Position numbers and translations under genes: made by a program
In this document: positions 55,123 to 62,322 of the stretch, one piece after another
Position numbering within the stretch: the first letter of the stretch is position 1
How the letters are laid out: the number at the start of each line of letters is the position of its first letter
Notes under the pieces: generated by a model
Databases searched by the model: none
What the model was told of the DNA's origin: nothing
Seen by the model: the letters and a program-made list of their open reading frames with translations, nothing else
Origin: an uncultured Ruminococcus sp.
GTDB taxonomy: Bacteria; Bacillota; Clostridia; Oscillospirales; CAG-272
Reading direction: 5' to 3'
DNA: 62,322 bases
Assembly: GCA_902785485.1 (NCBI GenBank)
Contig: CACZZA010000004.1
Location: 1 to 62,322 of the forward strand

Positions 55123-56271
55123 TCAGTCGATCGGTATAAATGAAGATACCGCCATAAGGATCATCCCAATTCCGACGGACAGCGCGATATAACGGGGTGT
55201 ATTACCCCTGCCCGTCAGCAGTTTTTCGGACGGGGAACGCGCGGCGTCGAGAAAGGCGGGAAGTACGGCGGACATCAGTATAAGAGACAGGACTCCCGCG
55301 CCGATCTGGAGCAGATCGGTGACGGATACAGGCAGGAACGCGGCGCAGACGACCGCCGGCAGAGTCGAGGCTAACCACGCGGCGTATCCCTTTACACGGA
55401 CGGTTTTGCGAATGACGTCCGAAAACGCGAACCCGCTTGAGAGGAAAGACGAAAACATCGCCGCGAGCACGAGAACGGTGCAGACGAGCTCCACCGCGCG
55501 GCTTCCCACCGAGAGGGCGAGCCCCGTAGTCGCTACCGGCGTCACGTTTTCGGAGCCTTTCAGAGCCGATAAAATGAAAACGACCGTCAGAACGGCGTTG
55601 AGACTCAGACCTCCCGCCACGGCTTTTCCGGTCTTTTCCCGGTCTTTGATATACACGCAGACCTGCATGACCGAAAAGATCGCGGAGAACGCGAACATGA
55701 ACAGCCCGTAAACGGCGAACACTTTTCCGGGATCACCGAACGAGAAAGATACGGCGCCTTTCGGACGGAAAAGCGACAGGACCGTAAGAAAGACTACCGC
55801 CGCTCCGATCAAAGAGACGGACAGCGTTTCTCCCGTCCCGAGTCCTCTTACGCCGAACGCGGCGGCAAGCGAACAGACGGTGAAGAAAACGGCGCACGCG
55901 AATGGGATCCCGACCGAAAACGTATCGGAGATCACCTGCGCGGCGCAGAGGGTGTATACGGCTAAATTTTCGACAAGGAGCAGACACATCAGAACGTAAA
56001 AAACGGTCCTCAGGACCCTCCTCTTTCCGGATTTGAAAAGGTGCTCGTCAAGTATCGCGGAGAGATCCTCGGATGATTCGGAGTTCCTGCACAGATCCGC
56101 TATGACGAAATACAGCCCGAGGCTCACGGTGTAAGCGAGCCCGAGAGCAACGAGCGTTCCGAACAATCCGATCTTCGACACGGCATAGGGCAGCGTGAGG
56201 AGTCCGGTCCCCATACCCGCTCCGGCGACAAGCAGGACGGATTCTGTCAAACTCAGTTTTTTGTTTTTCAT
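55123..56271 (-). CDS. amino-acid permease, hydroxy/aromatic amino acid permease (HAAAP, Trp/Tyr/Ser-type)-like
   Basis: The N-terminus SLTESVLLVAGAGMGTGLLTLPYAVSKIG matches the AGxxIGAGMLxxP pattern of TyrP/Mtr/TnaB/SdaC-type carriers. About 11 TM helices. Confidence 0.6.
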   Translation of the reverse strand: MKNKKLSLTESVLLVAGAGMGTGLLTLPYAVSKIGLFGTLVALGLAYTVSLGLYFVIADLCRNSESSEDLSAILDEHLFKSGKRRVLRTVFYVLMCLLLVENLAVYTLCAAQVISDTFSVGIPFACAVFFTVCSLAAAFGVRGLGTGETLSVSLIGAAVVFLTVLSLFRPKGAVSFSFGDPGKVFAVYGLFMFAFSAIFSVMQVCVYIKDREKTGKAVAGGLSLNAVLTVVFILSALKGSENVTPVATTGLALSVGSRAVELVCTVLVLAAMFSSFLSSGFAFSDVIRKTVRVKGYAAWLASTLPAVVCAAFLPVSVTDLLQIGAGVLSLILMSAVLPAFLDAARSPSEKLLTGRGNTPRYIALSVGIGMILMAVSSFIPID

Positions 56272-56340
56272 TGTTTTTTTAGATTTGTTTGCGTTTGTGA
56301 AGCTGCACGCGTAAAGGGACGGCGAAACGTATGATAAAAA

Positions 56341-56369
56341 ATTATATCATTAAAATATGAATAAATCAA
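56341..56369 (-). promoter_or_regulatory. promoter of the permease/radical SAM/GNAT operon
   Basis: Minus strand reads TTGATT, 17 nt spacer, TATAAT. The -10 lies within the palindrome ATGATA-N8-TATCAT (56331-56350), a possible operator. Confidence 0.55.
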
Positions 56370-56417
56370 GTCGGGTCAAAGCAGGAGGATTCTTCCGCTT
56401 TTTTAACAAAATACCAC

Positions 56418-56446
56418 TTGTTTTTTGCCGAGATATATTATATAAT
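56418..56446 (+). promoter_or_regulatory. promoter of the rnf operon
   Basis: TTGTTT, 17 nt spacer, TATAAT. Divergent from the radical SAM operon promoter. Confidence 0.5.
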
Positions 56447-56488
56447 ATGTTTAATTAGTTTGAAATTAACACGAAGGGAAAACCGGAA

Positions 56489-57889
56489 GTGAAAAGATAC
56501 TCGTTCAAAGGCGGCGTTCATCCGCCGCAAAACAAGAACACGGCGGGACTGCCGGTCGTGGACATGCCCCTTCCTGAGAAGGTCTATATACCGCTTTCGA
56601 TGCACATAGGCGCGCCCTGCGAGCCTCTTGTCAAGGTCGGGGACTCCGTTTTCAAAGGTCAGATCATCGGCGATGTCAAGTCGGGACTCGGAGCGCCGGT
56701 ACACGCGACGGTGTCGGGTAAAGTCGAGGCGATAAAAGTCTCGACCAACGCGGCGGGACAGAACACCGGATATATAGTTATACAGAACGACTTTGAGGAA
56801 AGGCTCTCGCCCGATATAACGCCTTCGGACAAGGCGCCCGAAGAATACACGATCGACGACGTCGTTTCCGCGGTCCGCAAAGCAGGCATCGCCGGAATGG
56901 GAGGCGCGACCTTCCCGACCTACGCGAAGCTGCAGTCGGCGTACGGAAAGATCAAATATCTGATAGTCAACTGCGCGGAATGTGAGCCGTATATCACGGT
57001 CAACCACCGGCTCATGCTCGAGCATCCGGAGCGCATAGTCAACGGACTTATGCTGCTTATGAAGGTCTTCGGTCTGTCTCGCGGATACATCGCCGTCGAG
57101 GACAACAAGCTCGACGCCGCCGAAGCGCTCGAGAGCGCGATAGAGGACCCGGACCTTATCGACGTCTGTGTTATGGAGACCAAATATCCGCAGGGGGACG
57201 AAAGACAGATCATATACGCGCTCACGGGACGCGAGCTGACGAGCGGACATCTGCCGTTCGAGGTCAAGTGTCTGGTCCTCAACGCGGAGACCGTCGCGGC
57301 GATCTATAACGCCGTTATTTACGGTATGCCCCTGATCGAACGCTACGTCACGGTCGACGGCGACTGCGTCGCGGAGCCGAAAAACCTCAACGTCCGCCTC
57401 GGGACTCCCATTTCCGAACTCATCGACTATTGCGGAGGACTCACCAGCGAGCCGCACAAGATAATATGCGGCGGTCCTATGATGGGCATAGCCCAGTGGG
57501 ACATCAACGCTCCCGTCATCAAGGGGACTTCCTCAGTCATCGTATTTTCAAAGAACAAGAGAAAAAGATTTTCGTTCAATCCGTCCTGCATCCACTGCGG
57601 ACGCTGTGTGGGACACTGCCCGATGCACCTTATGCCGAACTACCTCTACGCGTTCGCCAAGGACGGTCAGCTCGACCGCTGTGTGGAGTTCGACATCATG
57701 GGATGTGTCGAGTGCGGAAGCTGTTCCTACGACTGCCCGGCTGACGTGCCGATAGTACAGACCATCCGCGCGGCAAAGGGAAAGATAAACGAGGAGCAGA
57801 GGGCGCGCAAAGCGGCGCTCAACAAGACGTTCGTCGTTCCCGAAAAAGAGGACGAAAGCAAGAAGGAGGGCAGGAGAGTTGAACACTAA
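56489..57889 (+). CDS. rnfC: Rnf electron transport complex subunit C
   Basis: MKRYSFKGGVHPP... N-terminus. NAD/FMN-binding region. Two CxxCxxCxxxCP ferredoxin motifs. GTG start. Confidence 0.93.
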   Translation: MKRYSFKGGVHPPQNKNTAGLPVVDMPLPEKVYIPLSMHIGAPCEPLVKVGDSVFKGQIIGDVKSGLGAPVHATVSGKVEAIKVSTNAAGQNTGYIVIQNDFEERLSPDITPSDKAPEEYTIDDVVSAVRKAGIAGMGGATFPTYAKLQSAYGKIKYLIVNCAECEPYITVNHRLMLEHPERIVNGLMLLMKVFGLSRGYIAVEDNKLDAAEALESAIEDPDLIDVCVMETKYPQGDERQIIYALTGRELTSGHLPFEVKCLVLNAETVAAIYNAVIYGMPLIERYVTVDGDCVAEPKNLNVRLGTPISELIDYCGGLTSEPHKIICGGPMMGIAQWDINAPVIKGTSSVIVFSKNKRKRFSFNPSCIHCGRCVGHCPMHLMPNYLYAFAKDGQLDRCVEFDIMGCVECGSCSYDCPADVPIVQTIRAAKGKINEEQRARKAALNKTFVVPEKEDESKKEGRRVEH

Positions 57890-58880
57890 AGAATTCAACA
57901 AGGCGCTCACGGTGACCTCCCCTCCGCACCTTAAAAACCCCGAAACGACCCATACACTGATGTTCGACGTGCTTATCGCGCTCATACCCGCCTCGGCGTG
58001 GGGCGTGTACACGTTCGGCTTCCGCGCGCTCGTGCTGATACTGCTTTCGATGGCGGCGTCGGTCGCGTTCGAGGCGGCATATCAGTTCTTCATGAATATC
58101 CCCGTTACCGTCAAGGACGGGAGCGCGCTCGTCACGGGACTTCTGCTCGCGCTCTGCCTGCCGGTCTCCGTGCCGCTCTGGCTCCCCGTCGTAGGAGACT
58201 TTTTCGCGATAATCGTGGTAAAACAGATCTTCGGCGGAATAGGCAAAAACATCGTCAATCCCGCCATCGCGGCGAGGGTGTTCCTGTTCCTCGCCTGGCC
58301 GGATCATCTTTCGCGCTTTACTTCTCCCGGCGCGTCTCTGCCCCTGTTCGCCAACGTTCCGTTCCCGGACACCGTAGCGTCAGCGACCCCGCTCGCCGCT
58401 CTCAAAACGGGAGATATGCCGGCTGACGATCTGTTCGATATAGTCCTCGGAAACGTGGGAGGCACTATCGGCGAGGTCTCGTCGGTGATGCTGATAATAG
58501 GCGGTATATACCTGCTCGTCCGCAAGACCGTGCGCTGGCAGATACCGGTCTCGTATATAGGTACCGTGGCTCTGCTTTCGTTCGTTTTTCCGCGGATGGA
58601 ATACACGTTCAACTTCGTCGCGCTTGAATTGTTCTCGGGCGGGCTGCTGCTCGGCGCGATATTTATGGCGACGGACTACGTCACGTCCCCTGTCACCCGT
58701 TCCGGACGCCTGATATACGGCGCGGGATGCGGTATCATCACCGTCGTGATACGCTTTTTCGGCAACTATCCCGAGGGCGTTTCGTTCGCTATCATGATAA
58801 TGAACCTGCTCGTGTGGTATATCGATATGTTTACAAGACCGAAGAGATTCGGAGGTGTTGAGAAAAATGCCGGAAAATAA
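57879..58880 (+). CDS. rnfD: Rnf complex subunit D
   Basis: SPPH... motif and polytopic NqrB/RnfD profile. TDYVTSP includes the flavinylation-site threonine. Confidence 0.93.
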   Translation: MNTKEFNKALTVTSPPHLKNPETTHTLMFDVLIALIPASAWGVYTFGFRALVLILLSMAASVAFEAAYQFFMNIPVTVKDGSALVTGLLLALCLPVSVPLWLPVVGDFFAIIVVKQIFGGIGKNIVNPAIAARVFLFLAWPDHLSRFTSPGASLPLFANVPFPDTVASATPLAALKTGDMPADDLFDIVLGNVGGTIGEVSSVMLIIGGIYLLVRKTVRWQIPVSYIGTVALLSFVFPRMEYTFNFVALELFSGGLLLGAIFMATDYVTSPVTRSGRLIYGAGCGIITVVIRFFGNYPEGVSFAIMIMNLLVWYIDMFTRPKRFGGVEKNAGK

Positions 58881-59838
58881 GAAAAACCCCGGATATTTCC
58901 TCAAGACCGGGATAATACTCCTGCTGATCGCCTCGGTGATGGCGACGCTGATAGCCGTCGTCAACGCGCTTACCAAAGACAGGATCAGCGAAAACGAGTT
59001 CTCCGTCCTGCGTTCCGCGGTCGACCGTATATACGGCAAAGACTCCGAACTCGACGAGATAAGCGTATCCGGAAGCGCCGTAGATACGGTGTATGAAGTC
59101 ACGAATGCCGGAGAGATCGTCGGATATTGCGTCCGCGTGACCGAGAACGGCTTCAAGGACGAGATCAAGCTCGTCGTACTGACCGACAGAACGGGAAAAT
59201 GCCTCGCGGTAGAGATAACGTCGATCTCCGATACTCCCGGAGTCGGCACCAAAGTCACCGATCAGGGGTATCTGTCCGGATTTGCAGGCAGGACCAAGTC
59301 GAACATCGGAGATTACGATACGATAACCGGGGCAACGATCTCCTCGTCGGCGGTCAAACGCGCCGTCGCGGAGGCGCTGTCGCTCGGTATCTATTACCCC
59401 GACGATTATTTCGACGATCCGGTCGAGACGGATCCCGCGCCCGAGACCGAGCCGATAGATCCTACTATGGTAACGTCCGGCGAGACCGAGCCTCAGACCG
59501 AACCCGTGTTCGAGACCGACGAGAAGGGCGAGACCAAGGCGCTTTCCTATATCCGCGTCCTGGGCGAAGTCACCGTGACTATGCGCGAGACCACCGCTCC
59601 CGCGACGCCCGGCGAAAGCACGACCGCGGATCCGAACGCGACAACCGCGCCCGAGACTCCCGCTCCCGCGTCCGAGCCGGTAGACCCGACGACTTCGGAG
59701 CCGGAGAATACCGATACTCCGGACGGCACGACCGCTCCGCCCGAAACGAACTCGCCTGCGGAAAGTCAATCCGAGTCGGAAAGCGCGACCGAAAGCGCTC
59801 AGGGATCAAATAACGAAGGAGGAAACGGCAATGACTGA
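58867..59838 (+). CDS. rnfG: Rnf complex subunit G with a roughly 145-aa Thr/Glu/Pro-rich C-terminal extension
   Basis: N-terminal TM anchor. FMN_bind domain with the TGATISS flavinylation motif. The extension runs from about 59395. Confidence 0.88.
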   Translation: MPENKKNPGYFLKTGIILLLIASVMATLIAVVNALTKDRISENEFSVLRSAVDRIYGKDSELDEISVSGSAVDTVYEVTNAGEIVGYCVRVTENGFKDEIKLVVLTDRTGKCLAVEITSISDTPGVGTKVTDQGYLSGFAGRTKSNIGDYDTITGATISSSAVKRAVAEALSLGIYYPDDYFDDPVETDPAPETEPIDPTMVTSGETEPQTEPVFETDEKGETKALSYIRVLGEVTVTMRETTAPATPGESTTADPNATTAPETPAPASEPVDPTTSEPENTDTPDGTTAPPETNSPAESQSESESATESAQGSNNEGGNGND

Positions 59839-60493
59839 AAAACCGACCGTTAAAGAACAATTCCGTTCGGGTATAATCACGAACAACCCGACCTTCGTTC
59901 AGCTTCTCGGCACCTGCCCGGCGCTCGCCACGACGACGTCCGCTCAGAACGCCTTCGGAATGGGCATCTCGGTCACGTTGATACTGATTTTTTCAAACCT
60001 GTTTATTTCGCTTCTGCGTAAGCTGATCCCGAATCAGATACGCATAGCGTCGTATATCGTGATAATCTCCGGATTTGTCACGATGCTCGAAATGGCGATA
60101 AAGGCGTTCCTGCCGTCCCTGTCCAACTCGCTCGGACTGTTCATCCCGCTCATAGTCGTCAACTGTATCATACTCGCGCGCGCAGAGGCGTTCGCGTCGA
60201 AAAACAAACCGATCCCTTCCGTCATCGACGGACTGACGATGGGACTCGGATTTACAGTCGCGCTCGTCATCCTCGGATCGGTGCGCGAGATCATAGGCAA
60301 CGGCACGATCTTCGGCCTTTCGCTGTTCGGCTCGTGGTACGAGCCTGCCGTTCTGTTCATTCTGCCGCCCGGAGCATTCCTCACGCTCGGATTTATCATC
60401 GCCCTCGTGCAGAAGCTCCGCGCAAGGCGCGACGAGTATAAACGACAGCGCGAGATCGAAACGCGCAGACGCAAAAGGGAGGCGGGAATATGA
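59831..60493 (+). CDS. rnfE: Rnf complex subunit E
   Basis: NNPTFVQLLGTCPALATT and LIVVNCIILARAEAFA are typical RnfE/NqrD sequences. Confidence 0.93.
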   Translation: MTEKPTVKEQFRSGIITNNPTFVQLLGTCPALATTTSAQNAFGMGISVTLILIFSNLFISLLRKLIPNQIRIASYIVIISGFVTMLEMAIKAFLPSLSNSLGLFIPLIVVNCIILARAEAFASKNKPIPSVIDGLTMGLGFTVALVILGSVREIIGNGTIFGLSLFGSWYEPAVLFILPPGAFLTLGFIIALVQKLRARRDEYKRQREIETRRRKREAGI

Positions 60494-61074
60494 CTCTTTC
60501 CGGTATCCTTATGCTTTTCATCTCGGCGGTATTCATCGACAACTTCGTTTTGACGAAGTTCCTCGGCTGCTGTCCTTTTCTCGGCGTGTCGTCAAAACCA
60601 GACACCGCGCTCGGTATGGGCTGCGCCGTCACGTTCGTCATGACTCTGTCGTCCGCCGCGACGAACCTGCTTTACAACTATATCTTAGTCCCCGCGGAGC
60701 TTGAATATCTCAAGACCGTCGCGTTCATCCTCGTCATAGCGTCGCTCGTTCAGATGATCGAATTCTTCCTGAAGAACAAGCTCCCCGCGCTCTACGAGTC
60801 ACTCGGGATCTACCTGCCGCTCATCACGACGAACTGCGCCGTTCTCGGAGCCGCTCTGCTGAATATACAGGAGGGGTACAACTTCATTCAGTCGGTAGTG
60901 TTCGGTTTCGGCTCCGGAGTCGGATTTACGATGGCGATACTCATTCTCGCGGGAGTACGCTCGCGTCTCCATTTCTCGAACCCGCCGAGATCCTTCCGCG
61001 GGATCCCGATAGTCCTCATCACAGCCGGACTTATTTCGATGGCGTTCATGGGATTTTCCGGGATGAAGTTTTAA
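60490..61074 (+). CDS. rnfA: Rnf complex subunit A
   Basis: NFVLTKFLGCCPFLGVS...LPLITTNCAVLG are typical RnfA/NqrE sequences. Confidence 0.93.
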   Translation: MTLSGILMLFISAVFIDNFVLTKFLGCCPFLGVSSKPDTALGMGCAVTFVMTLSSAATNLLYNYILVPAELEYLKTVAFILVIASLVQMIEFFLKNKLPALYESLGIYLPLITTNCAVLGAALLNIQEGYNFIQSVVFGFGSGVGFTMAILILAGVRSRLHFSNPPRSFRGIPIVLITAGLISMAFMGFSGMKF

Positions 61075-61089
61075 GGAGGCGGAGGACTG

Positions 61090-61944
61090 ATGAGCAACAT
61101 TCTATACGCCTTTATTCTGTTTGCGTCGCTCGGACTCGTTCTCGGAGTCGTGCTCGCGGTCGTTTCAAAGGTGTTCGCCGTCAAGACTAACCCGAAGGTA
61201 GAAAAGATAGCGGAGCTTCTTCCGGGCGCGAACTGCTCCGGATGCGGATATACGAGCTGTCACGCGCTCGCCGAGGCGATCGAAAAGGGAGTCGCCAAGA
61301 CCAACGCCTGCCGCGTCTGCGACGCCGAAACGATCTCAGAGATAAGCGAGCTGATGGGCGTCGCTCCCGAAAAGACCGTACGTATGCGCGCACAGGTCAT
61401 GTGTACGGGAACGTTCGATAAGGCGAGATCAAAATACGTTTACGAAGGGCCGCGCGACTGCGCCGCCGCCGCTAAACTCGGGGGAGGAAACAAAGCCTGC
61501 CTCAACGGCTGTATCGGCTTCGGTACCTGCGTTTCAAAGTGCAATTTCGGCGCGATAAGCGTCATCGACGGCGTCGCGCAGATAGATTACGCCAAGTGTA
61601 TGGGCTGCGGTACCTGCGTCGCCGCCTGCCCAAAGCATATAATCAAACTCATACCCTACGACGCCGCGTACTGGGTCGGATGTATGTCCGTCGATAACGG
61701 ACGGACTACGATGCGTAACTGCGACGCGGGATGTATAGGCTGCCGTATCTGCGAAAAGAACTGTAAGACCGGCGCCATCACCATCCACGACGGAGTCGCC
61801 GCAATCGACTACGGTAAGTGCGTGGGGTGCGGAGTCTGCGTCATCAATTGCCCGCGTAAGATCATCCATACCGGAAACCTGCACCACCACGTAAGGGTGT
61901 TGACCGATATGGCGCTCGACGAACGCGAAAACGCAAAAAGATAA
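61090..61944 (+). CDS. rnfB: Rnf complex subunit B (polyferredoxin)
   Basis: N-terminal TM helix. CSGCGYTSC cluster. Several CxxCxxCxxxCP 4Fe-4S motifs. Confidence 0.92.
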   Translation: MSNILYAFILFASLGLVLGVVLAVVSKVFAVKTNPKVEKIAELLPGANCSGCGYTSCHALAEAIEKGVAKTNACRVCDAETISEISELMGVAPEKTVRMRAQVMCTGTFDKARSKYVYEGPRDCAAAAKLGGGNKACLNGCIGFGTCVSKCNFGAISVIDGVAQIDYAKCMGCGTCVAACPKHIIKLIPYDAAYWVGCMSVDNGRTTMRNCDAGCIGCRICEKNCKTGAITIHDGVAAIDYGKCVGCGVCVINCPRKIIHTGNLHHHVRVLTDMALDERENAKR

Positions 61945-61980
61945 CGAAAAAAGAAAAAACGCAAGAAGATAACTAACCAA

Positions 61981-62010
61981 GGGACTGAACAAAAACAGTC
62001 CCTTATTTTT
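61981..62010 (+). terminator. intrinsic terminator of the rnf operon
   Basis: GGGACTG-N8-CAGTCCC stem followed by TTATTTTT. Confidence 0.75.
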
Positions 62011-62035
62011 ATTAACAGGAAAATTTATCGCACTC

Positions 62036-62260
62036 GGTCTCGCGGCGATGACCGCTGACTAACTATAAAGCCTTGTTCAGTGGCAATTTGCGCTTCGTCC
62101 GTTCTCTCCCACTCGACGTACAGAAAGTACGCCTTCGGGGAGAGAACGAACGATCCTCATCCACGATACCTTCGCGCAGGGCGATCCATCGAAGGAAAAG
62201 TAACTTTCCGAAGGAAAGGAAACGCACAAACCCCACCTACGAAGCCGAGCCATTTGGCAG
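62036..62260. repeat. R1-family structured intergenic repeat, copy B
   Basis: Contains the same conserved blocks as copy A. Helix GTTCTCTCCC (62101-10) pairs with GGGAGAGAAC (62138-47). Inner hairpin CGTAC-AGAAA-GTACG (62117-31). Helix CCTTCG (62169-74) pairs with CGAAGG (62190-95). Confidence 0.8.
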
Positions 62261-62322
62261 TTATGTAAACGATTATTGCTGAATGGGCGATAGTGTTCCA
62301 AATGGCGATGCGAACGATAATT

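Noticed and set aside
59127-59813. 228-aa alternative-frame ORF within rnfG, plus antisense ORFs 58831-59769 and 58380-59258.
   Set aside because: They overlap the well-supported rnfD and rnfG frames and give Arg-rich compositions typical of off-frame translation of GC-rich coding DNA.

Overview
The window looks like a chromosomal segment from an endospore-forming Clostridia-type Firmicute. The evidence is spoIIE, spoVS, the rny-ymdB synteny, an Rnf complex, and GC-rich third codon positions that generate many long spurious antisense ORFs.

Gene content, left to right:
- Three tandem paralogous solute-binding lipoprotein genes (1-4075, minus strand).
- rny-ymdB-spoVS, then spoIIE.
- A solitary mazF-type toxin gene.
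- A sugar-phosphate or sugar-acid cluster (10740-19193): aldolase/SDR fusion, PHP protein, LarA-like protein, atypical PFK, HAD hydrolase, gnd.
- A DUF2974 hydrolase and small hypothetical genes.
- A 12 kb carbohydrate-type ABC locus (23809-35957): a 995-aa binding protein, two permease pairs, an NHL-TPR-Yip1 fusion and a 997-aa secreted protein. It has no ATPase gene.
- A small AT-rich islet.
- A pyrimidine operon, pyrC-carB-pyrK-pyrD-pyrF-pyrE-pyrB-pyrI, with a PyrR-type attenuator but no carA.
- A yitT-like gene, then tRNA-Met and tRNA-Glu.
- A translationally coupled minus-strand operon (50049-56271): an amino-acid permease, three B12-binding radical SAM paralogs and a tandem-GNAT-like protein.
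- rnfCDGEAB.

The least explained signals fall into three groups:
1. Non-coding structured repeats. Family R1 has three copies, each just 3' of an operon terminator, with fully compensatory stem replacements. Family R2 is a hairpin-containing repeat that forms about 85-bp inverted arms around a 268-bp highly structured core downstream of pyrI. A tRNA-adjacent array combines GTGATGT/ACATCAC heptamers with GC hairpins.
2. The permease, triple radical SAM and GNAT operon. I cannot place it in any characterised pathway I know.
3. The ATPase-less double-permease ABC locus.

All calls come from reading the sequence and the translated ORFs. No database search was run.
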